A stretch of DNA of 63,758 nt, counting the filler. It is 4 parts of 4 records of this genome, joined end to end, with 100 filler letters (N's around TTAATTAATTAA, not from the genome) between each part and the next. Parts side by side here need not be neighbours in the genome. Positions count along the whole stretch, not along the records: positions 42,912 to 58,074 come from DRR723986_11195; positions 58,175 to 63,758 come from DRR723986_11332; 2 more parts are not named here. The stretch is one strand, 5' to 3'. Numbering within the stretch: the first letter of the stretch is position 1; every line of letters starts with the position of its first letter. The position numbers and the translations under genes are program-made. Under the pieces are notes generated by a model, which had not been told where the DNA came from, searched no databases, and worked only from the letters and a program-made list of their open reading frames with translations. Positions 49,559 to 60,724 of this stretch are shown here, piece after piece.

Positions 49559-51085
49559 ATGTCTATTCTGTTTCGCCGTTCCTGCGGTGCGGCACTTGTA
49601 TATGCCGTTGCCACCCAAGGTGCCTGGGCTGATCTGTCCGCCAATGATGTCTGGTCTGACTGGAAATCCTATATGGGTGGAATGGGCTACGAAGTCACCG
49701 GAACCGAAGCAACATCAGGCAATGTTCTGACCGTAACCGACCTGAAAGTCGCGATGGAAATGCCCGAAGGCGAAGGCAGCGGTTCTGGCACCCTGCCCGA
49801 AGTGTCGTTCACCGAGAATGGCGATGGCACCGTATCCATTGATTTCCCCGCGCAGCTGCCGATTGCATTCAATATCGCGGCCGAGGGCGAAGAGCCGGTT
49901 ACAGGCGAATTGCTTTACAGCATGGATCAGATGAAAACCGTGGTCTCGGGCACATCTGAGGAGATGTTGTATACCTATACGGCAGCGGGACTGTCGGCCA
50001 AGGTGACCTCTCTCATCGCAGAGGGTGAAGAATTGGTCGGGGACGCCCTGAACATCAGCATCGATATGAAAGATGTGGCCGGGACATCAAAATCCACCAT
50101 TGCCGAACAGCGCGGCATGGAACAGGCATTCACCATTGCCTCCACGACCTACAACCTGAGCTTTAATGACCCTGAATCCGATGACCAAGCCGCCTTTAAC
50201 GGCGCGTTCAACGGCATCGACTTCAACGGTTCGGGCCGGTTCCCTGCAGACATGAGCATGTCCGACTATGAAGCACTGATTGCCGCTGGTTTTCAGTTTG
50301 CCGGTGGGTTCACGTTTGACTCAGGCAGCAGTGCGTTGTCAGGCAATGGCGACGGCGAAGAGTTTGCCTATACCAGCACCTCGCAAGGGGGGGCATTCAA
50401 TGTCGCGATGGATGGGGCGCGCATCGGGTATGATGTTTCCCAGAACGCGACCGACATTTCGGTCACGGTGCAGGATCTGCCATTCCCGATTGATCTGAAG
50501 ATGGCCAAAGCCGGGTTCAAATTCGATTTCCCAATGCAGCAATCCGATGAGTTGCAGCCGTTTAACATGGCGATGAACCTGACCGATTTCACAATGTCCG
50601 ATATGATCTGGGGCATGTTTGATCCGGCAGGTGCTTTGCCACGTGATCCAGCAACTGTTTCGCTGGATACCACGGGCATGGCCAAGGTTCTGGTCAACTT
50701 CCTGGATCCGACCGTTGCGGAAACCTTGGAACAGACCGGGGCCGCCCCCGGCGAGTTGCATGCTTTGACCATCAACCAGCTGTTGGTGTCGATGGTCGGA
50801 GCGAAGCTGGCGGGCACCGGCGACTTTGAATTCGACAACGCTAACACCGAGGCCTTTGATGGCATGCCTGCGCCTTCGGGCTCGGCCGATCTTGAGCTGA
50901 GCGGCGCCAACGGGCTGATCGACAAGCTGATTGCCATGGGCATGATGTCTGATTCAGACGCCATGGGCGCGCGCATGATGATGGGCATGTTAGCTGTACC
51001 GGGTGACGCGCCTGATACGTTGAAATCAACCATCGAAATCAACAAACAGGGTCACATCATCGCCAACGGCCAACGTCTGAAGTGA
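49559..51085 (+). CDS. DUF2125-like exported protein
   Basis: Signal peptide AWADLSANDVW; C-terminal GANGLIDKLIAMG…ANGQRLK typical of Rhodobacteraceae DUF2125 proteins. Confidence 0.75.
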   Translation: MSILFRRSCGAALVYAVATQGAWADLSANDVWSDWKSYMGGMGYEVTGTEATSGNVLTVTDLKVAMEMPEGEGSGSGTLPEVSFTENGDGTVSIDFPAQLPIAFNIAAEGEEPVTGELLYSMDQMKTVVSGTSEEMLYTYTAAGLSAKVTSLIAEGEELVGDALNISIDMKDVAGTSKSTIAEQRGMEQAFTIASTTYNLSFNDPESDDQAAFNGAFNGIDFNGSGRFPADMSMSDYEALIAAGFQFAGGFTFDSGSSALSGNGDGEEFAYTSTSQGGAFNVAMDGARIGYDVSQNATDISVTVQDLPFPIDLKMAKAGFKFDFPMQQSDELQPFNMAMNLTDFTMSDMIWGMFDPAGALPRDPATVSLDTTGMAKVLVNFLDPTVAETLEQTGAAPGELHALTINQLLVSMVGAKLAGTGDFEFDNANTEAFDGMPAPSGSADLELSGANGLIDKLIAMGMMSDSDAMGARMMMGMLAVPGDAPDTLKSTIEINKQGHIIANGQRLK

Positions 51086-51106
51086 TCAGACCCACCTGAA
51101 ACAGAG

Positions 51107-51139
51107 CAAAGGCCCCCCTTGATGCGGGGCCTTTGTTTT
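51107..51139 (+). terminator. Intrinsic terminator
   Basis: caaaggcccc…ggggcctttg stem followed by tttt. Confidence 0.75.
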
Positions 51140-51264
51140 ATGCCCTTGTCCCTGTGTTCAAACGCCATCCTGCCCTTGGGTCGTCAACTTTTGGGGACCG
51201 GGACTTGCAGGGCGGGCGGGCCAAGGCTAGGTCCTGTGTAACCCTTTCAAGAGATGAGCCCGCA

Positions 51265-52611
51265 ATGACCCTAAGCCCAGAACAGATCAGCCACGCCTTG
51301 CTGGATGCCGCCAAAAAGGCCGGCGCGCGCAGTGCGGATGCCATGGTTGTTCAGGGAACGTCCGTGTCTGTGGACGTGCGCAAGGGCGCGTTGGAACATG
51401 CAGAGCGGTCTGAAGGCACCGATTTAGGTTTGCGAGTGTTGCTAGGGCATCGACAGGCGATCGTGTCGGCCTCGGACAGCAGTCCGGCCACCCTGACCGC
51501 CATGGCAGAACGCGCCGTGGCGATGGCCCGCGAAGCCCCCGAAGACCCCTATTCCGGTTTGGCAGAGGCCAGCCAACTGGCCCAGAATACGGATTATGAC
51601 GCGCTAGAGCTGTTTGATCCGACACCAGAGCCAACACCCAAGATGTTGCAAGACGATGCGCTGGCTGCCGAAGCTGCGGCCGCGGCTGTTGAAGGCGTGA
51701 CGCAGGTGTCTGCGGCCGGGGCCGGGTATGGGGAACATCGCGTGCATCTGGCCGCCACCAACGGGTTTTCAAGCGGCTATGCCAGAACCAGCCGATCCAC
51801 ATCCTGTGTCGCGATTGCGGGAACAGGCACGGGAATGGAGCGGGACTATGATGGCGATGGGCGCAGCTTTCAGGCGGATCTGCGTGATCCAGCCGACATT
51901 GGCCGCACAGCGGGCGAACGCGCGATTCAATTGGTGGGCGCGCGCAAACCCGCAACCGGCAGCTTTCCCGTCTTGTTTGATGAGCGAATTTCCTCGTCTC
52001 TGATCGGGCACCTGATGGCCGCCAGCAACGGCTCGGCCATTGCTCGTGGGTCATCGTGGCTAAAGGACTGTCTGGGCGAGCAAGTATTGCCTGACCACCT
52101 GTCGGTGATCGAGGACCCCCATCGCAAACGCGTCTCAGGATCGCGCCCATTTGACGCTGAGGGGCTGCCGACACAGCGCCGCGCGGTGATCGAAAACGGC
52201 ATTCTGACCGGTTGGACACTGGATTTGTCCAGCGCGCGCAAGCTGAACATGGCCTCGACCGGGAATGCAGTACGCGGTGTGTCTTCGCCCCCGTCCCCAT
52301 CCAGCTGGAACCTTGAGCTGACCCAAGGCGACCAGAGCCGCGCCGATCTGATGCGGGACATGGGCACCGGCCTGTTGGTCACATCGATGATCGGATCGAC
52401 CATCAACCCCAACACCGGAGATTATTCGCGTGGGGCATCGGGGTTTTGGATCGAAAACGGTGAGATCGCGTATCCGGTGAATGAATGCACCATCGCAGGC
52501 AATCTGCGCGACATGCTGATGCGGATCATCCCAGCAAACGATGCCCGCACGCATCTGTCGCGGGTGGTGCCGTCGCTGCTGATCGAAGGGATGACCCTTG
52601 CCGGCAGCTGA
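51265..52611 (+). CDS. pmbA: TldE/PmbA family protein
   Basis: FDAEG, TGDYSRGASGFWIENGEI, TIAGNL; lacks the TldD HExxH motif. Confidence 0.88.
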   Translation: MTLSPEQISHALLDAAKKAGARSADAMVVQGTSVSVDVRKGALEHAERSEGTDLGLRVLLGHRQAIVSASDSSPATLTAMAERAVAMAREAPEDPYSGLAEASQLAQNTDYDALELFDPTPEPTPKMLQDDALAAEAAAAAVEGVTQVSAAGAGYGEHRVHLAATNGFSSGYARTSRSTSCVAIAGTGTGMERDYDGDGRSFQADLRDPADIGRTAGERAIQLVGARKPATGSFPVLFDERISSSLIGHLMAASNGSAIARGSSWLKDCLGEQVLPDHLSVIEDPHRKRVSGSRPFDAEGLPTQRRAVIENGILTGWTLDLSSARKLNMASTGNAVRGVSSPPSPSSWNLELTQGDQSRADLMRDMGTGLLVTSMIGSTINPNTGDYSRGASGFWIENGEIAYPVNECTIAGNLRDMLMRIIPANDARTHLSRVVPSLLIEGMTLAGS

Positions 52612-53398
52612 TCTTGACCTGCTCATCGAGGCGGCGCTGGAATCAGGGCGCATTGCCACTCGGTTCTCGGGCGCTGACGCCAAACGCTGGGACAAACCAG
52701 ATGGCGCGGGTCCGGTGACCGAAGCCGATCTGGCGGTGAATGAAATGCTGGAAGATCGGCTGCCATCTGCGCGGCCTGACTATGGGTGGCTCAGCGAAGA
52801 GACCGAAGACAATTCCAGCCGCCTGAGCAAAGATCGCGTGTTCATCATTGATCCGATAGACGGCACCCGCAGCTTTGCCGAAGGGGCAAAAACCTGGGCC
52901 CATTCGCTGGCGATTGCAGAGCATGGGGTAGTAACAGCGGCGGTGATTTACCTGCCGTTGCGCGATTTGCTCTACACCGCAGAAACCGGCAAAGGGGCGC
53001 AGTTGAATGGCGCACCTATCTGCATTTCTGAACCCGATGCCCTGAATACGGCCAACTTACTTGCGGCCAAACCCAATCTGGCCGCGCGCCATTGGTTGTC
53101 AGGACAGCCGCCGCAATTTGGCCATGCCTATCGCCCCTCTTTGGCCTATCGCATGGCCTTGGTTGCACAGGGGCGGTTTGACGGCATGTTGACCCTGCGC
53201 GCCAGTTGGGAATGGGATATTGCTGCGGGCGATCTGATCATTCGCGAAGCCGGTGGCCTGTGTACCGACCGCGCGGGGCTGGCCCTGCGGTTCAACAACC
53301 CCCATCCCAAGCTGAACGGTGTGGTTGCCGGTGGGGCGTTGGTGCACCAAGAATTGAGCGTCGCATTGGACCCGGAAAGCACTGGCATTCCCGGCTGA
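52598..53398 (+). CDS. cysQ: Inositol monophosphatase / CysQ-like 3'(2'),5'-bisphosphate nucleotidase
   Basis: VTEADL, WLSEE, DPIDGTRSF, WDIAAG. Confidence 0.8.
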   Translation: MPAADLDLLIEAALESGRIATRFSGADAKRWDKPDGAGPVTEADLAVNEMLEDRLPSARPDYGWLSEETEDNSSRLSKDRVFIIDPIDGTRSFAEGAKTWAHSLAIAEHGVVTAAVIYLPLRDLLYTAETGKGAQLNGAPICISEPDALNTANLLAAKPNLAARHWLSGQPPQFGHAYRPSLAYRMALVAQGRFDGMLTLRASWEWDIAAGDLIIREAGGLCTDRAGLALRFNNPHPKLNGVVAGGALVHQELSVALDPESTGIPG

Positions 53399-53478
53399 CA
53401 GGCTTCGGCTTGACGCGGGGGTGCAAATTCGTAGGTTGCCCCCATCACGGAACCCTTTTTACCGTCAGGAAAAGCGCC

Positions 53479-53721
53479 ATGACCCAACGACTTCATCTTG
53501 TATTCGGAGGGGAGCTTGTCGACCCAACCCGCAGTGTGTTCAAGGATGTGAACGACATCCATATGGTTGGCATGTTCCCGGATTACCAAACCGCCTATGA
53601 CGCCTGGAAAGCCGAAGCACAGCGCACGGTCGACAATGCGCATATGCGCTATTTCATTGCCCATATTCATCGCCTGCGGGACGAAGGCACTGAAGCGTCC
53701 TCGACAGAAGAGTTAGGTTAA
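53479..53721 (+). CDS. DUF4170 domain protein
   Basis: LHLVFGGEL…AWKAEAQRTVDNAHMRYFI; AGGA RBS. Confidence 0.8.
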   Translation: MTQRLHLVFGGELVDPTRSVFKDVNDIHMVGMFPDYQTAYDAWKAEAQRTVDNAHMRYFIAHIHRLRDEGTEASSTEELG

Positions 53722-53725
53722 TCTG

Positions 53726-54958
53726 ATGGGCCGCGCGCTCAGCCTTGCGGCCTATCGTGCGCTGTCGTGGCGCACAGCCACACCCGCCCAGAACGCCCCC
53801 CAACCGGTGCGCCCCGAGGGGGAACTGTTGTGGGTTCACATCGGGGATCACGCCCGCGTTGCCCCCTTGGGTGATCTGTGCAAACGGTTGTTGGTGCAAC
53901 GGCCGGGTCTACAGATCCTGTTCACCCACCCTGTCGATGTGGATGTGAGCAACTGGAGCAACCTTTGCTCGTCATTTATTCCGCTGCCAGCAGATCACCC
54001 CAGTGCGACGCGCGGTTTCTTGGATCATTGGAAACCAGACATGTGCCTTTGGTCAGGGGGCGATTTGCAACCCAACTTGCTGAGCCAAACCTCGGGTCGG
54101 CGGGTTCCGTTGATTATGATTGACGCGCGTGAGGATGATATCACCCCGCGCCGGTTGCGGTGGTTGCCGGATTTGACGCGCACAACATTGGATTGTTTTG
54201 ACACGCTTTTGGCGGTGGATGAAACGGTTGCGCGGGTGATCCGGCGTGCGGGCATTGCCTCGGGCAAGGTTCATGTGTCTGCGCCGTTGCGGGTCAGCCC
54301 ATCGCCGGCGCCGTGGCCCGAAGATGAATTGGTCGATACCAATCATGCCATGGCTGGTCGCCCGGTTTGGTTGTCCGCCTGGACGCAGGACAAAGAGTTC
54401 ATTTCAGTCCTGACCGCCCATCGCAGCGCGTTGCGGATGTTGCACCGGTTGTTGTTGGTGTTGCATGTGGCAGACCCGGCGGAATCCGGCCCCTTGCAGG
54501 CCCGCCTGTCCGCGATGGATTTGCGCTGTGCGGACTGGGATGCAGGCGACGAAATCGAAGATACCACACAAGTAATCCTAAGCGCCGAAGCCGAGGATCT
54601 GGGCCTGTGGTTCCGGGTTGCGCCGTTGACGTTCATGGGCAGTTCGTTGGAACCGGGCGGCCGGGGGCGCGATCCATTGATTGCGTCCGCTTTGGGATCT
54701 GCGTTGCTGTATGGGCCAAATGTGCGCAATCACATCGACACCTACGCGCGTCTTGCGGCGTCTGGGGCCGGACGTGCCGTGCGCGATGCCGAGGCGTTGG
54801 GGGCGGGCGTTGTCCAGTTGTTGGCCCCGGATCACGCCGCCACCATGGCCTTGGCCGGGTGGCAATTGGTGACCGAAGGCGCCCATCAGATCGATCAGTT
54901 AATCGAATTGGTTCAGGATAAACTGGACGAACGCGAGGTGAACCATGCGGCCCCCTGA
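53726..54958 (+). CDS. waaA: 3-deoxy-D-manno-octulosonic acid transferase (divergent)
   Basis: [28 protein letters not shown]; directly upstream of lpxK. Confidence 0.8.
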   Translation: MGRALSLAAYRALSWRTATPAQNAPQPVRPEGELLWVHIGDHARVAPLGDLCKRLLVQRPGLQILFTHPVDVDVSNWSNLCSSFIPLPADHPSATRGFLDHWKPDMCLWSGGDLQPNLLSQTSGRRVPLIMIDAREDDITPRRLRWLPDLTRTTLDCFDTLLAVDETVARVIRRAGIASGKVHVSAPLRVSPSPAPWPEDELVDTNHAMAGRPVWLSAWTQDKEFISVLTAHRSALRMLHRLLLVLHVADPAESGPLQARLSAMDLRCADWDAGDEIEDTTQVILSAEAEDLGLWFRVAPLTFMGSSLEPGGRGRDPLIASALGSALLYGPNVRNHIDTYARLAASGAGRAVRDAEALGAGVVQLLAPDHAATMALAGWQLVTEGAHQIDQLIELVQDKLDEREVNHAAP

Positions 54959-55943
54959 ATTCTGGAACACTGGCCCGGATCACGTGGATTGGCGGGCACA
55001 TCTATTGGCCCCGCTTGGGGCGCTGTATGCGCGCGCGACCGCAAAGCGGGTCGCCAGCAGTGATGGTCTGCGTCCCGGTGTGCCGGTGATCTGTATTGGC
55101 AACCTGAACGCCGGGGGGACCGGTAAGACACCCACGGCGATTTGGGTGTTGGATCAATTGCGCAATGCCGGACACGAGCCCCATGTGGTAACCCGCGGCT
55201 ATGGCGGATCGCTTGAGGGGCCAGTGCGTGTTGATCCCGGCAAACACAGGGCCAAACATGTGGGGGACGAGCCGCTGTTGCTGGCCGCCTTTGCCGAGGT
55301 TTGGGTGGCCAAGGATCGTGCCGCAGGGGCCATGGCCGCGGCAGCGGATGGCGCAACTGTGATTGTGCTGGACGATGGGTTCCAGAACCCGTCGGTGGCA
55401 AAGGACCTGTCCATCATCGTTGTGGACGCGGCGCAGGGATTTGGAAATGGCAAGTGCCTGCCTGCGGGACCATTGCGGGAACCTGTTTCAGTCGGGTTGG
55501 CCCGCGCTGATCTGGTGCTTTCGCTCGGGGATGCCGAGGCGCAGGCCCAGTTTGCAGAACATTGGGGCGATCAAGTTCACCTGCCGCGGGCCACGGGCGA
55601 GGTCAAACCGCTGCAAACCGGGATGGATTGGAGTGGCAGCCCTGTTTTGGCTTTTGCTGGAATTGGGAACCCAGAGAAATTCTTTCGCACCCTGCGCCGG
55701 CAAGGGGCAGATCTGCGCCGGGCCGAGGCGCTGGACGATCACCAACCCCTGACGCAGGCGTTGATGACCCGGTTGGAGAATGAATCTCGTTTACTGGGGG
55801 CGCAAATGGTCACCACAGAGAAAGACGCAGTGCGCCTGCCCCCTGCGTTTCGCAGCAAGGTGATCACATTGCCGGTGCGTCTTGAGGTTGCCCAAGATGA
55901 CATGGTGCGAGACATGATGCTTGCGGTTGCGCCGGCCCCTTAG
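54945..55943 (+). CDS. lpxK: Tetraacyldisaccharide 4'-kinase
   Basis: [40 protein letters not shown]. Confidence 0.96.
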   Translation: MRPPEFWNTGPDHVDWRAHLLAPLGALYARATAKRVASSDGLRPGVPVICIGNLNAGGTGKTPTAIWVLDQLRNAGHEPHVVTRGYGGSLEGPVRVDPGKHRAKHVGDEPLLLAAFAEVWVAKDRAAGAMAAAADGATVIVLDDGFQNPSVAKDLSIIVVDAAQGFGNGKCLPAGPLREPVSVGLARADLVLSLGDAEAQAQFAEHWGDQVHLPRATGEVKPLQTGMDWSGSPVLAFAGIGNPEKFFRTLRRQGADLRRAEALDDHQPLTQALMTRLENESRLLGAQMVTTEKDAVRLPPAFRSKVITLPVRLEVAQDDMVRDMMLAVAPAP

Positions 55944-55958
55944 GCCAGCGCGTGTTGC

Positions 55959-57080
55959 TTAGGACACGTTGTCTTCGCCCAGTTTCGGCGCGGGTCTGTG
56001 CAATGCGAGATCGGCGTCGGAAAACTTGAACGGAGCGCGCACGCCTGGCACGCCGTCCAATTCGATCTGCATGCCGCGCGCCACGATCTGAGGATCAACC
56101 ATCACCTCGTCCAAGGTGTTGATCGGGCCAGCAGGGACACCGACGGCTTCGCACGCGGCCAACAGATCAGCTTTGTCGCGTTGCGCTGTGGCACCGTTCA
56201 AACGTGCAATCATCACGCGGCGATTGGCGATCCGGTCTTTGTTACGCAGGAACTCTGGCGCTTCGGCCATATCCTCGAGATCCAGCACCTTGCACAGGCG
56301 TTGATATTGCCGGTCATTGCCGGTGGCGATGATGATGTGACCATCCGCGCAATCAAACACCTGATAGGGCGTCAGGTTCATATGGGCATTGCCCATACGC
56401 CCCGGTGCCGTGCCCGTGGTCAGATAGTTCAGCGCCTGATTGGCCGTCACAGCAACCGCAACATCCAGTAACGCCATATCCACATGTTGCCCTCGACCCG
56501 TGGTTTCACGCTGATGCAAGGCGGATAAAATCCCGGTCACCGCATAAATGCCGGTAAAGATATCGGTGATCGCGACGCCCGATTTCTGCGGCTGACCGTC
56601 CGGTTCGCCAGTGATCGACATCAGGCCAGACATGCCTTGGATGATAAAATCATACCCCGCCCGGTGGGCATATGGCCCATCCTGCCCAAACCCGGTGATT
56701 GAGCAATAGATCAGACGTGGGTTGATCTCTTTCAGGCTGTCATAATCCAAGCCGTATTTCGCCAACCCGCCGACTTTGAAATTCTCGATCAGGATATCAG
56801 CGTCGCGCACCATGGCGCGCACCTGTTCCTGCCCTTCTGAAGTCGAAAAGTCTGCAGTGACCGAAGCCTTGCCCCGGTTAGTCGAGTGGAAATAGGCCGC
56901 CGAGACATCATCATCGCGCGTCACAAAGGGGGGCCCCCAGGCGCGGGTATCATCGCCTGCGGGAGATTCGATTTTGGTGACTGCAGCCCCCAGATCAGAC
57001 AGTGTTTGGCCAGCCCAAGGGCCAGCCAAAACACGTGCCAGTTCAATGACCTTGAGGCCCGCCAGCGGTGCCGTCATCAC
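55959..57080 (-). CDS. CaiB/BaiF family CoA transferase
   Basis: ARVLAGP, NRGK, ENFK, YCSITGFGQDGP, GYD. Confidence 0.93.
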   Translation of the reverse strand: MMTAPLAGLKVIELARVLAGPWAGQTLSDLGAAVTKIESPAGDDTRAWGPPFVTRDDDVSAAYFHSTNRGKASVTADFSTSEGQEQVRAMVRDADILIENFKVGGLAKYGLDYDSLKEINPRLIYCSITGFGQDGPYAHRAGYDFIIQGMSGLMSITGEPDGQPQKSGVAITDIFTGIYAVTGILSALHQRETTGRGQHVDMALLDVAVAVTANQALNYLTTGTAPGRMGNAHMNLTPYQVFDCADGHIIIATGNDRQYQRLCKVLDLEDMAEAPEFLRNKDRIANRRVMIARLNGATAQRDKADLLAACEAVGVPAGPINTLDEVMVDPQIVARGMQIELDGVPGVRAPFKFSDADLALHRPAPKLGEDNVS

Positions 57081-57745
57081 TTGGCCAGTTCCGCGTCGAG
57101 AACTTTCTTGAAGTCGGCGTAAGACTGGTTTGAAACGCTTTTGCCGTTGATGATGAAGCTTGGCGTTGACTCAACCCCATCGGCTTTGGCGTTGTCTTCG
57201 TACCATTTGATCAAGGTCTGCGCCTTGGTGCCATCCTGCAGGCATGCCTCGAGCGCGTCATTGTCCAAACCGGCAACGCGACCAATTTTACGCAGCTCGT
57301 CCACGATTTCGGCAGGGCCGCCCGCGCGAGCCCAATCGCTTTGACCTTTGAAGATCAGATCGCTGACACCAAAGAATTTTTCGGGTCCACCGCAACGTGC
57401 GACCATCGAGGCCCACAGACCATAGCGGTCAAAGTAGACTTCGCGGTAGATGAATTTCACCTTGCCGGTGTCGATGTAATCTTTCTTCAGCTCTTTGTAC
57501 GTTCCCTCGTGAAAGGTCGCACAATGCGGGCAGGTGTAAGAGGCGTATTCGATCATCTCGATCGGTGCATCTTCGGCACCTTGGACCATCTCGATGATGG
57601 TTGACGTGTCGATTTCACCCGCGTCCTGCGCAAAGGCGGCGCCAATCAGCGGCGCACTTGTTGACGTGCTTTGCGTCTGTGTCAGCCAATATCCACCAGC
57701 GGCGATCGCCACGGCAGCACAAATTGCGGTTCCAAAGCGGCTCAT
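57077..57745 (-). CDS. DsbA family thiol-disulfide oxidoreductase
   Basis: EYASYTCPHC, STPSF; exported N-terminus. Confidence 0.9.
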   Translation of the reverse strand: MSRFGTAICAAVAIAAGGYWLTQTQSTSTSAPLIGAAFAQDAGEIDTSTIIEMVQGAEDAPIEMIEYASYTCPHCATFHEGTYKELKKDYIDTGKVKFIYREVYFDRYGLWASMVARCGGPEKFFGVSDLIFKGQSDWARAGGPAEIVDELRKIGRVAGLDNDALEACLQDGTKAQTLIKWYEDNAKADGVESTPSFIINGKSVSNQSYADFKKVLDAELAK

Positions 57746-57758
57746 TCGCGGCCCTTTC

Positions 57759-58074
57759 TTAACGTTTCTGCTTCGATAAAACATTGCGGCCCAAGCGTTC
57801 AAGGGCCGCACGTAAGTCATCATCCCCAACACCGCTGGCAGAGTGTTCTGCATCTGCGGCAACTTCGGGGGAAATCTGGGGTTTTGCCTGTTTCGGGTTA
57901 TGGTCAAAACTGGCCTGCCCCTCGGCAAATCCAATTGGTGCGGTCTGGGTGATGCGAATACGGCTGATGGCGTTATAGCCGTAGGCCGAATTGACCCGTT
58001 CCCGCAGTTGTTCTTTTTGCATTTCCAGCATGGGCGCCTGTGGCCCGGTGGTCAGCACCGTCAGCGTGGCGCCA
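57759..58074 (-). CDS. DUF721 (DciA-like) protein, 5'-truncated
   Basis: GATLTVLTTG..APMLEMQ…RVNSAYGYNAISRIRITQT; typical position upstream of dsbA. Confidence 0.75.
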
Positions 58075-58174
58075 NNNNNNNNNNNNNNNNNNNNNNNNNN
58101 NNNNNNNNNNNNNNNNNNTTAATTAATTAANNNNNNNNNNNNNNNNNNNNNNNNNNNNNNNNNNNNNNNNNNNN
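58075..58174. other. Artificial contig spacer
   Basis: N run with TTAATTAATTAA. Confidence 0.98.
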
Positions 58175-58873
58175 GGCGGGCAGGAAGGCGCGGCCGATGT
58201 CCTGCGTCAGGGCGAAGTCCGCCTCCCAGTCGCCGGAGTTGCGGTCGTCCATGAAGATGCCGCCGACGCCGCGCGCGCGCTTGCGGTGCGGGATGTAGAA
58301 GTATTCGTCCGCCCATTCCTTCAGGCGCGGGTAGAGATCGGCGCCATGGGGGGCGAGATGAGCCTCTTGCGTGGCGTGGAAATGCGCGGTGTCCTCGGCG
58401 TATTCGAGGCAGGGGTTCAGGTCCGATCCGCCGCCGAACCACCATGCGCCCGGGGTCCAGAACATCCGCGTGTTCATGTGGACGGCGGGGCAGTGGGGGT
58501 TCTGCATATGCGCGACGAGGCTGATGCCCGAGGCCCAGAAGCGCGGATCCTCGGCAATGCCCGGCACGCCGCGCGCCGCCATGGCCTGCTGCGCCGCCGC
58601 GCCCAGCGTGCCGTAGACCGTCGAGACGTTCACGCCGACCTTCTCGAAGACGCGGCCGTCGCGCATGACGCTCATCAACCCGCCGCCCGCGTCGGAGCCG
58701 TCGTCCGAGTGGCGCATGGTTTCCGACACGTCGAAGCGCCCCGGCGCAAGATCGCGGAGCGGGCCCTTGTGATGGCTGTCCTCCAGCCCCTCGAAGGCGG
58801 CGACGATCTGGTCGCGCAGCTCCCGGAACCACGCGCTGGCGCGGGCCTTCTGCTCTGCCATGGGTTCTGTCAC
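58175..58873 (-). CDS. hemF: Oxygen-dependent coproporphyrinogen III oxidase (3'-truncated)
   Basis: FEKVGVNVS, HMQNPHCPAVHMNTR, WWFGGGSDL, RGVGGIF; GTG start after GGAGG. Confidence 0.95.
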
Positions 58874-58887
58874 GGGGGCCTCCAACG

Positions 58888-59694
58888 TCAATGTGCGGGC
58901 GCGGCGACCGGGTCGAGCAGGGTGCGCCCGCCGTCCACCGTGATGATCTGCCCGGTGACGAAGCCCGCCCCGTCGCAGGACAGGAACTGCACCGCCTCGG
59001 CCAGCTCTCGCGGCGCGGCGATGCGGCCCAGCGGCGTGTGATCCTCGATGTCCGAGCGGTAGGTCTTGTGGGTCTTGAGCGAATCCTTGAGGCTGGCCGA
59101 CATGACCGAGCCGAAGGCCACGGCGTTCACGCGGATGCGCTCGGGCGCCAGCGCCACGGCCATGGAGCGCGTCATCTGGTCCAGCGCGGCGCAGCTGACC
59201 GAATAGCCCAGCAGATCGGGATGCGTGCGGCGCGCCGCGATCGACGACAGGTTGACGATGGCGCCGATCTGGCCGTCCTCGCCCTCTTGTTTCTCGGCCT
59301 GCTTGATCATCCGCCGCGCCACCATCTGGGACATGCGGTAGGCGGTCATCAGGTTCTGGTTCAGCAGTTGCATCACCGTGTCGTCGTCGCAGTCCAGCGG
59401 GTCCGAGGGCAGCATCTGCCGCGAGCCGTTGATGAGGATGTCGACACGGTCGTAAGCGTCCAGCGTGGCCGACAGCAGGTTCGCCATGGTCAGCTTTTCG
59501 CGCAGGTCGCCCGCGACGTAGCGGATCTGGCTGTCCTCGTTGGCGTTGTCGCATTCCTGCGAGAGGCGCTCTTCGTCCATGTCGGCGAGCATGACGTTCG
59601 CGCCCTTGTTGGCGAAATGCCGGGCGATGGCGAGGCCGACGCCATTGGCGGCCCCGGTGATGATGGCGGTCTTGCCTGCGATGGAGAAGCTCAT
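58888..59694 (-). CDS. SDR family oxidoreductase
   Basis: TGAANGVG, IRVNAVAFG, TGQIITVDGG; catalytic motif is atypical (YSVSC). Confidence 0.85.
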   Translation of the reverse strand: MSFSIAGKTAIITGAANGVGLAIARHFANKGANVMLADMDEERLSQECDNANEDSQIRYVAGDLREKLTMANLLSATLDAYDRVDILINGSRQMLPSDPLDCDDDTVMQLLNQNLMTAYRMSQMVARRMIKQAEKQEGEDGQIGAIVNLSSIAARRTHPDLLGYSVSCAALDQMTRSMAVALAPERIRVNAVAFGSVMSASLKDSLKTHKTYRSDIEDHTPLGRIAAPRELAEAVQFLSCDGAGFVTGQIITVDGGRTLLDPVAAPAH

Positions 59695-59721
59695 GTCATG
59701 GGCCTTTCGCCGGGGGTGGGT

Positions 59722-60696
59722 TCAGCGCGTCTTGCGCGCCGCGTGCAGGATCTTGAAGCGGGAGTCGCCGCCGACCTCCGTGGTGTCGCGGAACAGCGCA
59801 TCGAGGGCGGTCTCGTAGGGCAGGTGGCGGTTGGCCACAAGCCAGAGCTGCCCATGGGAGGCCAGAACGCGGGCGGCCGCCGTCAGGAAGGCGCGTCCCA
59901 GCGCCGGGTCGGCGCGGCGGCCAACGTGGAAGGGCGGGTTCATCACCACGGCGTCCAGCGGCGCGTCAGGCGCCCATGTCGTCGCGTCCGCCCAGTGGAA
60001 GACCGCGCGCGGATCGGTGACGTTGCGCTGCGCGCAGGACAGCGCCGCGTGGTCGGCCTCTACCATGTGCAGGGCGGACACGCCGGGACGTTTCAGGATC
60101 TCGCGCGAGAGCCAGCCCCAGCCCGCGCCAAGGTCTGCCACCCGGCCCTTGAGCTTCTCCGGCAGGGCGGCGGCAAGGGCCACGGATGCCGGGTCGGCGC
60201 CATCGGCGGAAAAGACGCCGGGCGCGGTCACGCCCTCGGGCGTGTCGGTGAAGGCGGGGCGGACCCAGTCCGCCACCGCGTCGGTGGGGCGGAACCACAG
60301 GCACTTGCCATGCGCCTTGGAGACCTGCCCCAACAGCTCGACACGACCGCGCAGGGCCTTGGCGATGGCCTCTATCCCGTCGGTCTTGGCGCCATCCACC
60401 ACCACGAGGTCGCGCGCCAGAGCGGCGGCGCGGGCGATGCGGTCTTCGGCAAGGTCGCGGGCGCGGGGAAGGGTGACGATCACCGCCGCGGCCTCGTCCG
60501 GCAGGGCGGGAGAGACCGGCAGGCCGCGGGCCTCCCATGCATCGACATCGGGGCGGAAACCCTGGGTGACGTGCAGGCGCGCCGCATCGACCGGCGCATC
60601 GGCGTCGCCGGGCGCGCCGTACAGGACCACCGTGCCGTCGGAAGGCAGGACAAGCCCGCCGGAGGTGAGGGCGAAGGAGAGGCGAGGGCTGCTCAT
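59722..60696 (-). CDS. RsmC-like class I SAM-dependent methyltransferase
   Basis: PGVFSADG.D, DLGAGWG, MNPPFH, VANRHLPYE. Confidence 0.88.
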   Translation of the reverse strand: MSSPRLSFALTSGGLVLPSDGTVVLYGAPGDADAPVDAARLHVTQGFRPDVDAWEARGLPVSPALPDEAAAVIVTLPRARDLAEDRIARAAALARDLVVVDGAKTDGIEAIAKALRGRVELLGQVSKAHGKCLWFRPTDAVADWVRPAFTDTPEGVTAPGVFSADGADPASVALAAALPEKLKGRVADLGAGWGWLSREILKRPGVSALHMVEADHAALSCAQRNVTDPRAVFHWADATTWAPDAPLDAVVMNPPFHVGRRADPALGRAFLTAAARVLASHGQLWLVANRHLPYETALDALFRDTTEVGGDSRFKILHAARKTR

Positions 60697-60724
60697 GGCC
60701 GGGGAGGGAACAGGCGCCGCGCGC

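Noticed and set aside
42912-58074. Novel systems in contig 3
   Set aside because: Ordinary conserved Rhodobacteraceae gene order
58127-59554. Apparent 475-aa N-terminally extended HemF
   Set aside because: The extension overlaps the SDR gene in another frame; the real start is at 58873 with an RBS
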